Shown here: in pieces, positions 19,064 to 29,113 of the stretch | Position numbering within the stretch: the first letter of the stretch is position 1 | Layout of the letters: every line of letters starts with the position of its first letter | DNA from: a virus | Taxonomy: Duplodnaviria > Caudoviricetes | Strand: one strand, 5' to 3' | IMG/VR virus record: IMGVR_UViG_3300021373_000958 | Coordinates: 1-53,515 of that record | DNA: 53,515 nt | The notes under the pieces: model-generated | Database searches by the model: none | What the model saw: only the letters and a program-made list of their open reading frames with translations | What the model was told of the DNA's origin: nothing | Program-made: the position numbers and the translations under genes

Positions 19064-22000
19064 TTAGAACGATGCTACTGCTCTGATATCTTGAACCTTA
19101 GGAGCGAATGCTGGGTCAACAGTCTTCATTACAATCTTAACAGCAAACGAAGAGAACTCAGGAAGATCTGCAACGCTATACTTCAATTCTTGATACGAAG
19201 ATTGTTTCTCAACAGTTCCAGAGATGCTGTTCTCACTGGATGCAATCTCTAGATTATCAGGACCTCCATCAGCATTGAAGTATTCCCAATCAATATCTTC
19301 GAAGTTTTCTTGACTGGATGCCTTCTTAAATCTGTAGAGAACTCTGATGTTTGAGATATCCTTGATGTTAGCGGTAAGTCTTACATCAATAGATGTTCCA
19401 GGATTGCCAATTGCAACCTCCTTAGTTACATACTTAGCAACCGCAGAACTGTTCTTTGAAGAATCTTCGGAAACAAAATCAATACCGTTAGAATATGTGA
19501 TGCTTCCAACTTCCAGATAAGATGCTTCGACATCATCCTGAGAAGCATACTTGACATAATCGCCAATACGGAAGATATCAGAAACTTGTTCTGAGGTCTG
19601 AGCATTTCTTGCGAATGCTACATTATCAATAATTCTTCCAGTAAAATCATTACTAATTGGTTGAGTGTCGGTTCTTAAGATTAACTCTTGTGTTTTGTTA
19701 TTCCAAAGAACTGATTTACCAGTAATCTTATTGTCATAAGTCTCAAGAATTACTGATGGATTGCGAGCAACGATAGTTGCACCATCAGCAATATCAAAGA
19801 ATAGTTCAACAGGATTTGAATCTACGGTAACGCTAGTGAGTGATGCTTGATTTCCAAGAGAAACAGTTTCTCCAATCTGGAAGAACTGTGCCGTCTTAAC
19901 TCTTACATAAACAACAGCACCATTTACTCTGGCAATAGTTCCAGATGCTTTTGTAGTTACTCCCTTGATAGTTTGACCTGCTTGGATTTCAGTTCCACCA
20001 TTTCCTGCAAGTTGGAATTGATAAACTGGATAGAACTTGATGATTTGATCTCTTCTACCAAATCTGTCTTCTTGACCGCTTGCGTTTTCAACTCTGGAAG
20101 TAGATGTCTTAACAGAAGCAGAAGACAAATCAATCAATGGCGATAGATTAGAAACTGTAGAAGTCATCACCATCTTATATGTCAATGACTGATTTAGACT
20201 ATTGAGGGTCTCATTAATCTCGGATGCGATCAACTTTTGATTGGTAAAGTATTGTGGTTCATTCAAGAAAGTTCTCTCATAGTCTGTCTGAGAATATGAG
20301 GTATAATTTGTCGTCGTAGAATCGACGGGAACTACATTAGTAGTCTTGACATAGTTCTCAAGTTTTGTTCCAGTGAATGAAAGGTAATTGACTTGAGGAT
20401 ATAAAGTTTCAAATTTTCTGTTGTGTGATGCATAAACATTAGTTCCACCACCAAATGCATTGCTAGAAGCGTTTGCAGTAGAAGTGATGTTGTATGTGTC
20501 AATACCACTGTTTGAAATCTTAAACAGGTTGCTGTTTAAGATGTCAGAGGTGACGCCTCCTGTCTCTTGTGCAGTCCTATAGAAGACATACGACCTACCA
20601 GATGTCTCAAATCCATGGTCTCTGTGTGAAACCTTAACGATAGAGTTGTTGTTCTTGAATAATTTTGAGGTGGCGTTAGTATTTGCACTAGCATTAGTTT
20701 CAAATGGATTGTAGTCAAGAAGTTCATAACCCAAGTTATCATTCTTAAGTAGAAGTTCTGCAGGTTTGCTGATGTCAAACTCTGCACGATATAGAGTGAA
20801 CTTGAGATCTTCAAAAATGTCTTCTGTCCAACTCTCAGTATTTTGAGACTTGTAAACAGATCCTAGTGATGGTTGAGTTGTAATAACAGTGCTGGTAGCA
20901 ATATCAGTAGCACCTAGTTTAGATGACCAGAGCATATAGTCGGTAGAATCTGTTTCTACAACTAGAGCATACTCACTATCATTTTGTAGGTATACAGGAT
21001 ACTCAAATCCAAAGTATGTTGGGGTTGTGGACTGCGTAACTCCTTCGTTATCGACCGCTACGCCCATTCTAACTGCAGGTGTGTCAATCTCAATAAAGGT
21101 TTGGATTTCGCACCCTCCAGCGCCATTTCCGACGCCTCTGACAACGACTGAAGGAGCTTCTGTATATCCAAAACCAGATAGAGAAACTTCAGCATTGTAG
21201 ATTTTACCACCAGAGACTTTGATTGCTGCAGTAGCGGTAGATCCACCAGGAAGTTGTGGACTTTCGATAGTTAGGATTGCACTATCATAGTTTTGTCCTG
21301 GGTTAGTAACTCTGACCTTAGAGACTTTTCCACTATCTTTTGCAATCGTAATCTTTCCAGTGGTTCCCTGAGTAGCATTTGCTGTAGTTACAGATGGAAT
21401 AGTTAGATCTTCATTCTGAACGAACGACTTACCATTGTGATTGCTTAGAACGAAAGTATAAACTTGCTCGTTTGTGAGACTATACTTACCAGATGAAGTT
21501 GCTACCAATTCAACGTTATTTTTATCAAAGATCTTGAGAATAGGTCCAGAAGCAGCAGAACTTACTCCTGTAACATTTTCTCCCTTGTAAACAGCAACAT
21601 CGCCATTCGCATAACACTTGAGAAATGTATTAGGTGATAGAACCTTCTCGGATCCAGGAACAACATTCTTTCCTGGTTTCTCTGCATCTACATTGGTGAG
21701 GTATGCTTTAATTGGAATATTGCTGCTCTTCTTGCTGAAGTAGAGATCAACACCAGTTACAAAACATCCGCCCTCTAGATTTTCAACTTTAAATGTCTGT
21801 GCTAGTGGGTTGGGTCTTACTGGATTATCAGTGTTGCTTTCAATTAACTGAACACCTTCATTTGACTTGAAGTATGAAGGTTTCGTAGATACAATAGTTC
21901 CTGGGTTCTCTGGAAGAATACCCGTGGCATAGTATTTGACCTCGGTATAACTATCAACTTCATCCTTAGGTGCATTGGTAGCACTAGAAGTAAATCTGAA

Positions 22001-25000
22001 GGTTAGAATACCAGAAGTGATTGATACTTCTTCTGCATTTGTATCATAAGATAAAGTATCTACGCTGCCGTTCCAAGTAGCATTTTCGATTGGTGGGAAA
22101 CCAGCAGGAAGAACAATCAAACCAGATGCATTTCCATATTCATCAGTGGTGATTGGACCATTAAATGCTGATAGTGAGTTACCTGCAAGACCAGTAAATC
22201 TTAGATCGGGATTTACCCAACGACTGATGTCTCTTCCCTCTAGGAATACATACATCTTAGTATTGGGTTTCATTCTTCTAATCACATACTTAACGGGAAC
22301 ACTTCTCGCAAAGAATGATAGTGAATTGGAAACAAGACTTCCTCTTACGTTCTTGGTTTGGACACCTTTACCAACATCATTATTTTGTGGACTAATATTT
22401 GAAGAACTGGAAACAGATGCAGACTGAACCTTTGTAGATGCCTGCTGACTATTAACCTCACCTAAAGAATTAATTGAAGTAAATGAAGGTGAAGATCCAA
22501 CCCAGTTAACTACAAATGAGTTGTGAATGCTGGAGAACGCTTCCTTAACATTATCTTTTGCCAAGAAAATATTAAAGAGACTTGTGTTTGTATCGACAAC
22601 TAGTGGTTCTTCATTTTGATCATACCACTGATCAATTGATGGGGACAGTTCACCATCTCCAACATACTGAAGAACAACAAATGGGTTTGGATTAATCTTT
22701 GTTGATGCAAACTCATTGCCAAGTAGATTTAAGTTTGAGTATGGTAGAGTGACAACATTGTTTACTTTCTTATAACCAGAAACTGCTCTCTGATCTTCTC
22801 TTACATTAACTTCGACTAGTTTAATGCTATCTTCTTTCGACTGTGGACGAAGAACTGATTGCTGAGGATCAATAGCACATGCATAATCAAGTGAGGTCAA
22901 ATTACCAACGCTATGTGCCTCAAAATTATCAACAAAGAAACCAGACTTAAATCTGTCTAGACCAACTTCATCCTTGACCTGCATGTTGAGAGCTTGCTGC
23001 TCAAGGATGCTAAGAGTAGTGTAATACTCAAGACGCTCAATACGCTTCTCCAATTTACCGATATCTCGCATAGTATAGCGACGATTATCAACTGGAGTAA
23101 TTCTTACATCCTTGCTAGTCTTAGTGAAAGCAGGAATGTACGCATAGAATAGAGGAACCGCATCTTCAATAGGATCTGGTTTGGATGGGTTGAGAGAAGA
23201 ATTCCCTTCTTTTACTAGGAACTCTCCTTTCTTGTTAAGGAATACGCCATCAATACGATCTAGATACTGGATTTGACTGAAGGAGAAAGTATACTCAATA
23301 CCAGCATCTGGAGCAGGAGTGCTAGAAACAACAGCGCCAGGACCAGCAAATGCTCCCTCGGTAACTTCTAGTAGCGACTTATCTAGATAACCTGGGATGA
23401 TTGCTGTGGTGTCTACCTTAGGTCTAAAATCAATTACATTTTTAAGTTCTACATTACCAAGAACAGGAGAGTTGAAAGAAGGAATTTCATCTTCAGGAAC
23501 ACCTGCTTCGTGTAGGTAACTGTCAATTGTGCAGAAGTCTCCTTGAGATTGCTCGAAATAATCAAAAGCAATAACAAGTTGTCCTACAGATGCTTCAAAT
23601 CCTGGTTTGAGAACTAATCTTGAAACATCATATACGGTGTCTCTTTGACCGTCATCAAATGTATATCTAGAAGTAACATCAGTTCCAGAAACCAGATTGC
23701 CAGCAGTATCAACGTCTGGAGCTTGTGAAGGAGTTCCTTCATAGACATATCTTAGTTTGAAGACATCGGAATATGAGAGGGTCTCGATAACTTCAGTATC
23801 GTAATCAGATCCTCTAAGAGGAATAACTCGGTCACCAGATGATGTAACAACAATTCTCTTATTTCTTACAGCAGTCTTAAGTCTTGGTTTTGCGTTAGAT
23901 ACTTCTAGAGTTGCGGTTAACTTAAGTTTAGGGAACGCACCATTAGAAGGAATAGTTCCAAAATAATCAGATGTTAGTTGTAGACTAATAGATCCAGAAG
24001 TAAGACCACTGGCAGTATCAGTAGAAGATGAGATTTCTACAGCATCTGTAGGAATATAAATGATATCACCCTTTGCAATGCTTGGAGCATCGCCTGGGTC
24101 AAGAACTGTAATGATATAATTTTCTTCTGTGAATGCAGCAAATCTTTGTGTTCCAAATGGCAACTGTGCTGCAAATGTAATCGTTCCACCAGAAGTGGAA
24201 GCAGTTGTTACAAAATCTCTGCGGAAATAATACTTAATCTTAGTGTCATCACCACCAGCAGAAATTTGCTCTACTTGCTTACTGCCAGTTGGGAATAGAA
24301 GGGTTCCACCATTAGTATTGTCTGGTCTAGGTCTTAGACGAACAATACTTGTATTTGTTACATCACCAGGAAGAGCTGTATCTAGATAAATTCTAGTCTT
24401 AGCAACCCCCGCTGCTTGAGTTGCATACTGAACAATGGCACGAACTAGATTGTTATCCTGGTCAGAGAATTGAATTAGATCTCCCTGCTGAACAATGCTA
24501 GAGGCATCGGCGCTGAAACTCGTTGATTCGACAAACATCGTTCCTTTCTTGCCGAAGAAAGTGTAATCAGTTACAGCGGAGATGTTTGAATATGATTGAT
24601 TATCTACAACTAAATCAGCACTAAACTTATTGCTACCACCAGAACCATACGCACCACCAATAGATTTGACATTCTGTGGTGTATATGTAGTAACAGCATT
24701 TCTAACTAAGACAGCACGGACAGCAGCAGCACCTGCGCTATCGGTAGTTCCAGCAATTACAATTTCTGGTGGTTGGGTGAATTCTAAGTTTCTGAGAGCA
24801 GCTTGGTTATTGATTGCTACTTTATAGATTTTACCGCCATAAACAGTTGGTTCGATCTTAGACGAATCATACTCAACACCATTTAATAAGATGGTAGCTC
24901 CAGCAGAATAACCAGATCCTCTCTCGATAACAGTGAAGTGTGAGATAGTATTATCTTTTGCAATCTTTACTGTATTTGAATCTTCATCTCTGATTGTTTC

Positions 25001-27148
25001 ACCAGACTTGAAGTTTCCAGAAATGGTCTTAACAAAAAGTAGTCTGTCTGTTGAATAGACACCAGAAGCAGGTCCTTCTACAACACCATATGCACCACTT
25101 TCTAAACCAAATACATACTTACCTTCATCAAATCCAGCAGGAACAGTTTCTAATAGAATTCTCGTAAAGAATTGTGGATCAAAATATGAGAAACCAAAGA
25201 TGCTATTATAGGTCTCGGATCCTCCACCAAGACGACCTTTTGATAAAACAACATCAGAATCCGAATTAAATCCTTCTCCTCTCTTCTTAAGGAAGAAGTT
25301 GCTTGGTTTTACTTTCCCAATAACTGGAGTGATTGAACCTCTGTAATCTACTACCTCTGCCCAATAATCATCATTGTCCTGAGCGTCCCCATTCGAAAGG
25401 AAGATCTTTCTCTTCTTCTCGGAATCTCCCTCATCATATTCAAGGAGCAGATTTTCCAATTCTGCTTTATTGCCAAATACAGTAAGCTCTAGGAATTGTT
25501 TGTTTGCATTATCACTAATTCCAGGTCTATTGATAGTAGCATAAGCAAGAGTTGTTACCGTTCCAATATCAGTTGCTGTGCCATCGGCACTTCTAGATTT
25601 GATAAAATAGAGTGTCTTATAATTTGTTTGGAAATTGGCATCTGTCAATGCACCTAAAGTAGGTTGACCATTAAGACCAAGAACATCTAAAGTGATAGTC
25701 TTAATAGCATCATTTGCTGTAAATGTAAGACCTCTTCTGGAAACAGTTTGTCTGTGGTCAGTAGTTGCCTCTGTGCCATTTACTCCAATAGAACCATCAG
25801 AGAAAGTGCTGTAAAGGAAGATATCTGGATATGCCGTAAGATCAGAACCTTCCTTGTTTAGTGGAACACTACCAAAAACATTGGTAACCGAGAAAGTTGG
25901 GAGACCTTTTGTTTTTAGTGTGATGTTATCACTGGTCAGACTTTCTCTTGCTTTATTGATCTCAAGATACTTGGTCTCTTTGTTTACAATTTCATATCCT
26001 TTAATATAGGCTTTACCAGGACCAATGCTAGCAACCATTTTTCTGGAAGCTTCGCTAGCACTGTATCCATTATAAAGACCAAACTCATCGGCACCATAAA
26101 GACCTTTATTGCCGTCTTTTTGTGCCCACTCACGAATATCAATATCAAAATTATCTACAACGTAATCACCGCTCTCGTCAAATGTTCTGCGAGCAAGAGT
26201 TTGCTCAAGAACACTGAAGTCTGTAGAAGTAACTTTTCTTTGAACAACTCCTCTCTTAACTGTGAGGAGCTGAATAAAGTTCTTGTCGGTGATTGCATCT
26301 AAAGCAAACTCTTTCATCTCTAGACTAATTTTTAGTCTATGTGCTCCAGGTGCAGTATAGTTAGAAGATCCAATTGCATTATCATATAGAGAAGCATCTG
26401 CTTCTGGAGTTACAATCTCTTCTTTGATTGTAAATCCTACTTTTGCCGATGGTTTGTCATAATATTCTTCAATGACAAGAAGTTGCTCTTCATTTCTAAC
26501 AAAATATCCATTAACAAAGTAAATACCTTCCTGCACTTTGACTGCAGAAGCAAATCCCATTGCAGGACTTTCTAGGGAAATAACTTCTCCTGTATCTGGG
26601 TTGGTGACTAGAATGCTCGTAGGAAGAACACTACCATCGGTTCCGACAACTAGAAGTGGAGTATTAACACCATCTACTACTTCTAGTGTTTCACCTTGAC
26701 GGAAAGTTGGTTCAATGTTTGAGTTACCACTATTAATATAGCTAACAAAAACTGTATCTGCGGTGCTTTCAGTTGCTAACTTTGCAGACAAAACAGTTCC
26801 TACAACGCCAGAAGTGAGACCTTGGAGTTGCTGTCCAACCAACTGAGTAATATCATACTTTTTGTAGACAATATCAGTGCCATCAGAAACGGCGACTTCC
26901 GAAACTGACGATAGTTTTACATAATCTAATTTTGTGTTTAAACCTACCTCACCAGGAATTACTTGTTCTCCTTGCTTGAAAGCATATTTACCAAAACTCT
27001 CGATCTGGTTTTGGAGAATAGATTGAACTTGAGTTAATTCTCTACCTTGAATAGAGTACCCAGGACGGAAGAGAATCTTATAAAAATTCTTATTCGCGTC
27101 AAAGTCCTCGTAATAAGGATTTACATTGAGGTTAGTCTTCTGAGGCAT
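19064..27148 (-). CDS. VrlC/DUF4815-like large virion (baseplate/tail) protein
   Basis: MPQKTNLNVNPYYEDFDANKNFYKILFRPGYSIQGRELTQVQSILQNQ; APGAHRLKI; NRRYTMRDIGKLEKRIERLEYYTTLS; DRFKSGFFVDNF; PLAQTFKV. Confidence 0.85.
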   Translation of the reverse strand: MPQKTNLNVNPYYEDFDANKNFYKILFRPGYSIQGRELTQVQSILQNQIESFGKYAFKQGEQVIPGEVGLNTKLDYVKLSSVSEVAVSDGTDIVYKKYDITQLVGQQLQGLTSGVVGTVLSAKLATESTADTVFVSYINSGNSNIEPTFRQGETLEVVDGVNTPLLVVGTDGSVLPTSILVTNPDTGEVISLESPAMGFASAVKVQEGIYFVNGYFVRNEEQLLVIEEYYDKPSAKVGFTIKEEIVTPEADASLYDNAIGSSNYTAPGAHRLKISLEMKEFALDAITDKNFIQLLTVKRGVVQRKVTSTDFSVLEQTLARRTFDESGDYVVDNFDIDIREWAQKDGNKGLYGADEFGLYNGYSASEASRKMVASIGPGKAYIKGYEIVNKETKYLEINKARESLTSDNITLKTKGLPTFSVTNVFGSVPLNKEGSDLTAYPDIFLYSTFSDGSIGVNGTEATTDHRQTVSRRGLTFTANDAIKTITLDVLGLNGQPTLGALTDANFQTNYKTLYFIKSRSADGTATDIGTVTTLAYATINRPGISDNANKQFLELTVFGNKAELENLLLEYDEGDSEKKRKIFLSNGDAQDNDDYWAEVVDYRGSITPVIGKVKPSNFFLKKRGEGFNSDSDVVLSKGRLGGGSETYNSIFGFSYFDPQFFTRILLETVPAGFDEGKYVFGLESGAYGVVEGPASGVYSTDRLLFVKTISGNFKSGETIRDEDSNTVKIAKDNTISHFTVIERGSGYSAGATILLNGVEYDSSKIEPTVYGGKIYKVAINNQAALRNLEFTQPPEIVIAGTTDSAGAAAVRAVLVRNAVTTYTPQNVKSIGGAYGSGGSNKFSADLVVDNQSYSNISAVTDYTFFGKKGTMFVESTSFSADASSIVQQGDLIQFSDQDNNLVRAIVQYATQAAGVAKTRIYLDTALPGDVTNTSIVRLRPRPDNTNGGTLLFPTGSKQVEQISAGGDDTKIKYYFRRDFVTTASTSGGTITFAAQLPFGTQRFAAFTEENYIITVLDPGDAPSIAKGDIIYIPTDAVEISSSTDTASGLTSGSISLQLTSDYFGTIPSNGAFPKLKLTATLEVSNAKPRLKTAVRNKRIVVTSSGDRVIPLRGSDYDTEVIETLSYSDVFKLRYVYEGTPSQAPDVDTAGNLVSGTDVTSRYTFDDGQRDTVYDVSRLVLKPGFEASVGQLVIAFDYFEQSQGDFCTIDSYLHEAGVPEDEIPSFNSPVLGNVELKNVIDFRPKVDTTAIIPGYLDKSLLEVTEGAFAGPGAVVSSTPAPDAGIEYTFSFSQIQYLDRIDGVFLNKKGEFLVKEGNSSLNPSKPDPIEDAVPLFYAYIPAFTKTSKDVRITPVDNRRYTMRDIGKLEKRIERLEYYTTLSILEQQALNMQVKDEVGLDRFKSGFFVDNFEAHSVGNLTSLDYACAIDPQQSVLRPQSKEDSIKLVEVNVREDQRAVSGYKKVNNVVTLPYSNLNLLGNEFASTKINPNPFVVLQYVGDGELSPSIDQWYDQNEEPLVVDTNTSLFNIFLAKDNVKEAFSSIHNSFVVNWVGSSPSFTSINSLGEVNSQQASTKVQSASVSSSSNISPQNNDVGKGVQTKNVRGSLVSNSLSFFARSVPVKYVIRRMKPNTKMYVFLEGRDISRWVNPDLRFTGLAGNSLSAFNGPITTDEYGNASGLIVLPAGFPPIENATWNGSVDTLSYDTNAEEVSITSGILTFRFTSSATNAPKDEVDSYTEVKYYATGILPENPGTIVSTKPSYFKSNEGVQLIESNTDNPVRPNPLAQTFKVENLEGGCFVTGVDLYFSKKSSNIPIKAYLTNVDAEKPGKNVVPGSEKVLSPNTFLKCYANGDVAVYKGENVTGVSSAASGPILKIFDKNNVELVATSSGKYSLTNEQVYTFVLSNHNGKSFVQNEDLTIPSVTTANATQGTTGKITIAKDSGKVSKVRVTNPGQNYDSAILTIESPQLPGGSTATAAIKVSGGKIYNAEVSLSGFGYTEAPSVVVRGVGNGAGGCEIQTFIEIDTPAVRMGVAVDNEGVTQSTTPTYFGFEYPVYLQNDSEYALVVETDSTDYMLWSSKLGATDIATSTVITTQPSLGSVYKSQNTESWTEDIFEDLKFTLYRAEFDISKPAELLLKNDNLGYELLDYNPFETNASANTNATSKLFKNNNSIVKVSHRDHGFETSGRSYVFYRTAQETGGVTSDILNSNLFKISNSGIDTYNITSTANASSNAFGGGTNVYASHNRKFETLYPQVNYLSFTGTKLENYVKTTNVVPVDSTTTNYTSYSQTDYERTFLNEPQYFTNQKLIASEINETLNSLNQSLTYKMVMTSTVSNLSPLIDLSSASVKTSTSRVENASGQEDRFGRRDQIIKFYPVYQFQLAGNGGTEIQAGQTIKGVTTKASGTIARVNGAVVYVRVKTAQFFQIGETVSLGNQASLTSVTVDSNPVELFFDIADGATIVARNPSVILETYDNKITGKSVLWNNKTQELILRTDTQPISNDFTGRIIDNVAFARNAQTSEQVSDIFRIGDYVKYASQDDVEASYLEVGSITYSNGIDFVSEDSSKNSSAVAKYVTKEVAIGNPGTSIDVRLTANIKDISNIRVLYRFKKASSQENFEDIDWEYFNADGGPDNLEIASSENSISGTVEKQSSYQELKYSVADLPEFSSFAVKIVMKTVDPAFAPKVQDIRAVASF

Positions 27149-27182
27149 TGTACTCCGCCAACTACTAGTATCTAGTCCCTAG

Positions 27183-27189
27183 TATTTAG
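27183..27189 (-). promoter_or_regulatory. T4-type late promoter (CTAAATA)
   Basis: TAAATA 35 nt upstream of the VrlC-like start, just after a terminator. Confidence 0.65.
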
Positions 27190-27196
27190 TAGAGAT

Positions 27197-27227
27197 AAAA
27201 AAAATCCCCCCATTGCTGGGAGGATTT
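27197..27227 (-). terminator. intrinsic terminator after gp8
   Basis: Minus strand AAATCCTCCCA-gcaa-TGGGGGGATTTTTTTT. Confidence 0.75.
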
Positions 27228-27243
27228 GATAATGTCCAATAAA

Positions 27244-29055
27244 TCAGAATTCGATAACTAGTTTGATATCTTCGATCTGGTCAGGAGCACGAGTGATAAG
27301 ACGACGGTTTTCGATGTAGATAACCTCACCAGAGTTATTCTCAATTTCGGGGGATGCTAGACCTGCAGCAAAAGTAGATCCCAGAAGAGCACCAGCATAA
27401 GTAGTAGAGACAAAACCCGATGCTGTAGAACTTTCTCCAGTAATAGCATTAGCACCATTGCTTTCAAATGCTCTTACAACACCCTGATTTGTGTGAGCAT
27501 CATTGGTTTGAATATACTTAAGAACACCGTCAGTTGTAGAACCGCTGTCTAGTGTCCAAGAAACGACCGTTCCGTATGCAAATCCACCTGCTACAGTTTG
27601 GAAAATCTTTTCATCAACCGCATAGTCTGCACTAGCACCAGTGATCTTGACAGCTTTCAGACCAGAAAGTGTATCTGCTGTTGCAAATGTAGTTGTTCCC
27701 CAGGATAGCGGATCTGCAATGATACCAATACGACGGAAGTCATTATCAACTGGGAAGTCACCAGCACCTTCTGCATAAGTTAAGCGAATATTGGTCATTA
27801 CACGCTTACCATTCAATTCGGTTTCGTGATCGGAACCATGACCACCTTGAGGAGGTAAAATTGCTTCTAGTGCAGCATTTCCACTGTAACCGCTAACACT
27901 ATTGGTCAAACCAGCATCACTGAATAGATTACCAGTTTCTAGAAGGATGTTTGCATAGGTGTATCCAGATCCACGAGACTGAATGCTTGCGGAAGTGATA
28001 GTGCCAGAACCATTAGTTACTAGTTCTACAACTCCACCTACACCATCACCCTTAATTCCAGTATAAAGAGTTTGTGAAATTGGAAGACCTGCTCCACCAT
28101 CTTCAATAACTACTGTATCAATAGCACCAGGAACTGCTAGTGCTTCAACTGCTTGACGTGAAGTGTTGCTGCGAAGAACGACTGGCATGAAGTCGGAAGA
28201 CAAGAACTTCAGAACATCATCTGTTGGGATGGTATACATGTATTTCCAGATGTAACCAGCACCAGTGGTTTCTGTATAGAGACCTGTTCCTGCATCGTAG
28301 TTAGGAGCGCCAGTGGATGGTTCTTCCGTAGCGTTTTGACCAGTTGTGTTTGAAGGATTTTCGCCATTGAATAGGCACTTGAATACTTCATATTGGGAGT
28401 TCATTACATAGAACTTAGCATCAGCGATAGAAGCAGCACCAGTTGCGGCTTGCTTACCAATCTGACCGCCACCGCCAGGAGTATCTGCATAATCTGGTTT
28501 CCACATGTCAAACTTAGGATTGGCAACTAGATCCCAGTTGTAACGACGGATAACTGTTCTTGCGAAAGCATCGTTAATGCGCTTTGCAGCAATGATTTCG
28601 TCATATAGAGCAATTTTTTCTCTCTGATTGTCTAGTGGGAGAGGTGGAACATCTTCGGTTGCATAACGATAAACACCAGACTTAGCAGTAGCACCTGTAT
28701 CGGATCCACCAGATCCGCCAGTGCGGCACTTAAGATCAGATCCCAACGCTGGAGCAGAGTTAACACCGTTGCTGCCAAAAACGTCGGTTAGAAGAAGGGC
28801 GCTATCATAAACAGCAGCAATTGTGGCACGGAAAGTAGTGGAACCATATGTTCCTACATACACTTCATCGCCAATTGTAAAAGAAGTAGCATTCTTGGAA
28901 TAAATTTCTAGGTATGCTCTCCATGGTTGTGGACGACCCACGAAGAAATACATTCGTGAACGCTCTGCACTAGTGTCAGTCGCGCCCTCAGTGAGAGATT
29001 CTAGGAATTGCTTCGCGTTAAAAATACGAAACTTATCAGAAATAATAGCAGCCAT
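27244..29055 (-). CDS. gp8: baseplate wedge subunit gp8
   Basis: MAAIISDKFRIFNAKQFLESL...YFFVGRPQPW...FYVMNSQYEVFKCLFNG...GYIWKYMYTI...NDFRRIGIIADP...IYIENRRLITRAPDQIEDIKLVIEF. Confidence 0.9.
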   Translation of the reverse strand: MAAIISDKFRIFNAKQFLESLTEGATDTSAERSRMYFFVGRPQPWRAYLEIYSKNATSFTIGDEVYVGTYGSTTFRATIAAVYDSALLLTDVFGSNGVNSAPALGSDLKCRTGGSGGSDTGATAKSGVYRYATEDVPPLPLDNQREKIALYDEIIAAKRINDAFARTVIRRYNWDLVANPKFDMWKPDYADTPGGGGQIGKQAATGAASIADAKFYVMNSQYEVFKCLFNGENPSNTTGQNATEEPSTGAPNYDAGTGLYTETTGAGYIWKYMYTIPTDDVLKFLSSDFMPVVLRSNTSRQAVEALAVPGAIDTVVIEDGGAGLPISQTLYTGIKGDGVGGVVELVTNGSGTITSASIQSRGSGYTYANILLETGNLFSDAGLTNSVSGYSGNAALEAILPPQGGHGSDHETELNGKRVMTNIRLTYAEGAGDFPVDNDFRRIGIIADPLSWGTTTFATADTLSGLKAVKITGASADYAVDEKIFQTVAGGFAYGTVVSWTLDSGSTTDGVLKYIQTNDAHTNQGVVRAFESNGANAITGESSTASGFVSTTYAGALLGSTFAAGLASPEIENNSGEVIYIENRRLITRAPDQIEDIKLVIEF

Positions 29056-29092
29056 GGGTTTCTTTGTCCGACGTTGTAGTTTGTGCCTGAGT

Positions 29093-29105
29093 TATTTATA
29101 TTTAT
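29093..29105 (-). promoter_or_regulatory. T4-type late promoter(s), ATAAATATAAATA
   Basis: Perfect TATAAATA at 29093-29100 plus an overlapping second copy, upstream of gp8. Confidence 0.8.
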
Positions 29106-29113
29106 GCAGTTAT

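Noticed and set aside
19064-27148. Virulence factor interpretation of the VrlC-like gene
   Set aside because: The name is historical; position and late promoter indicate an ordinary virion structural protein
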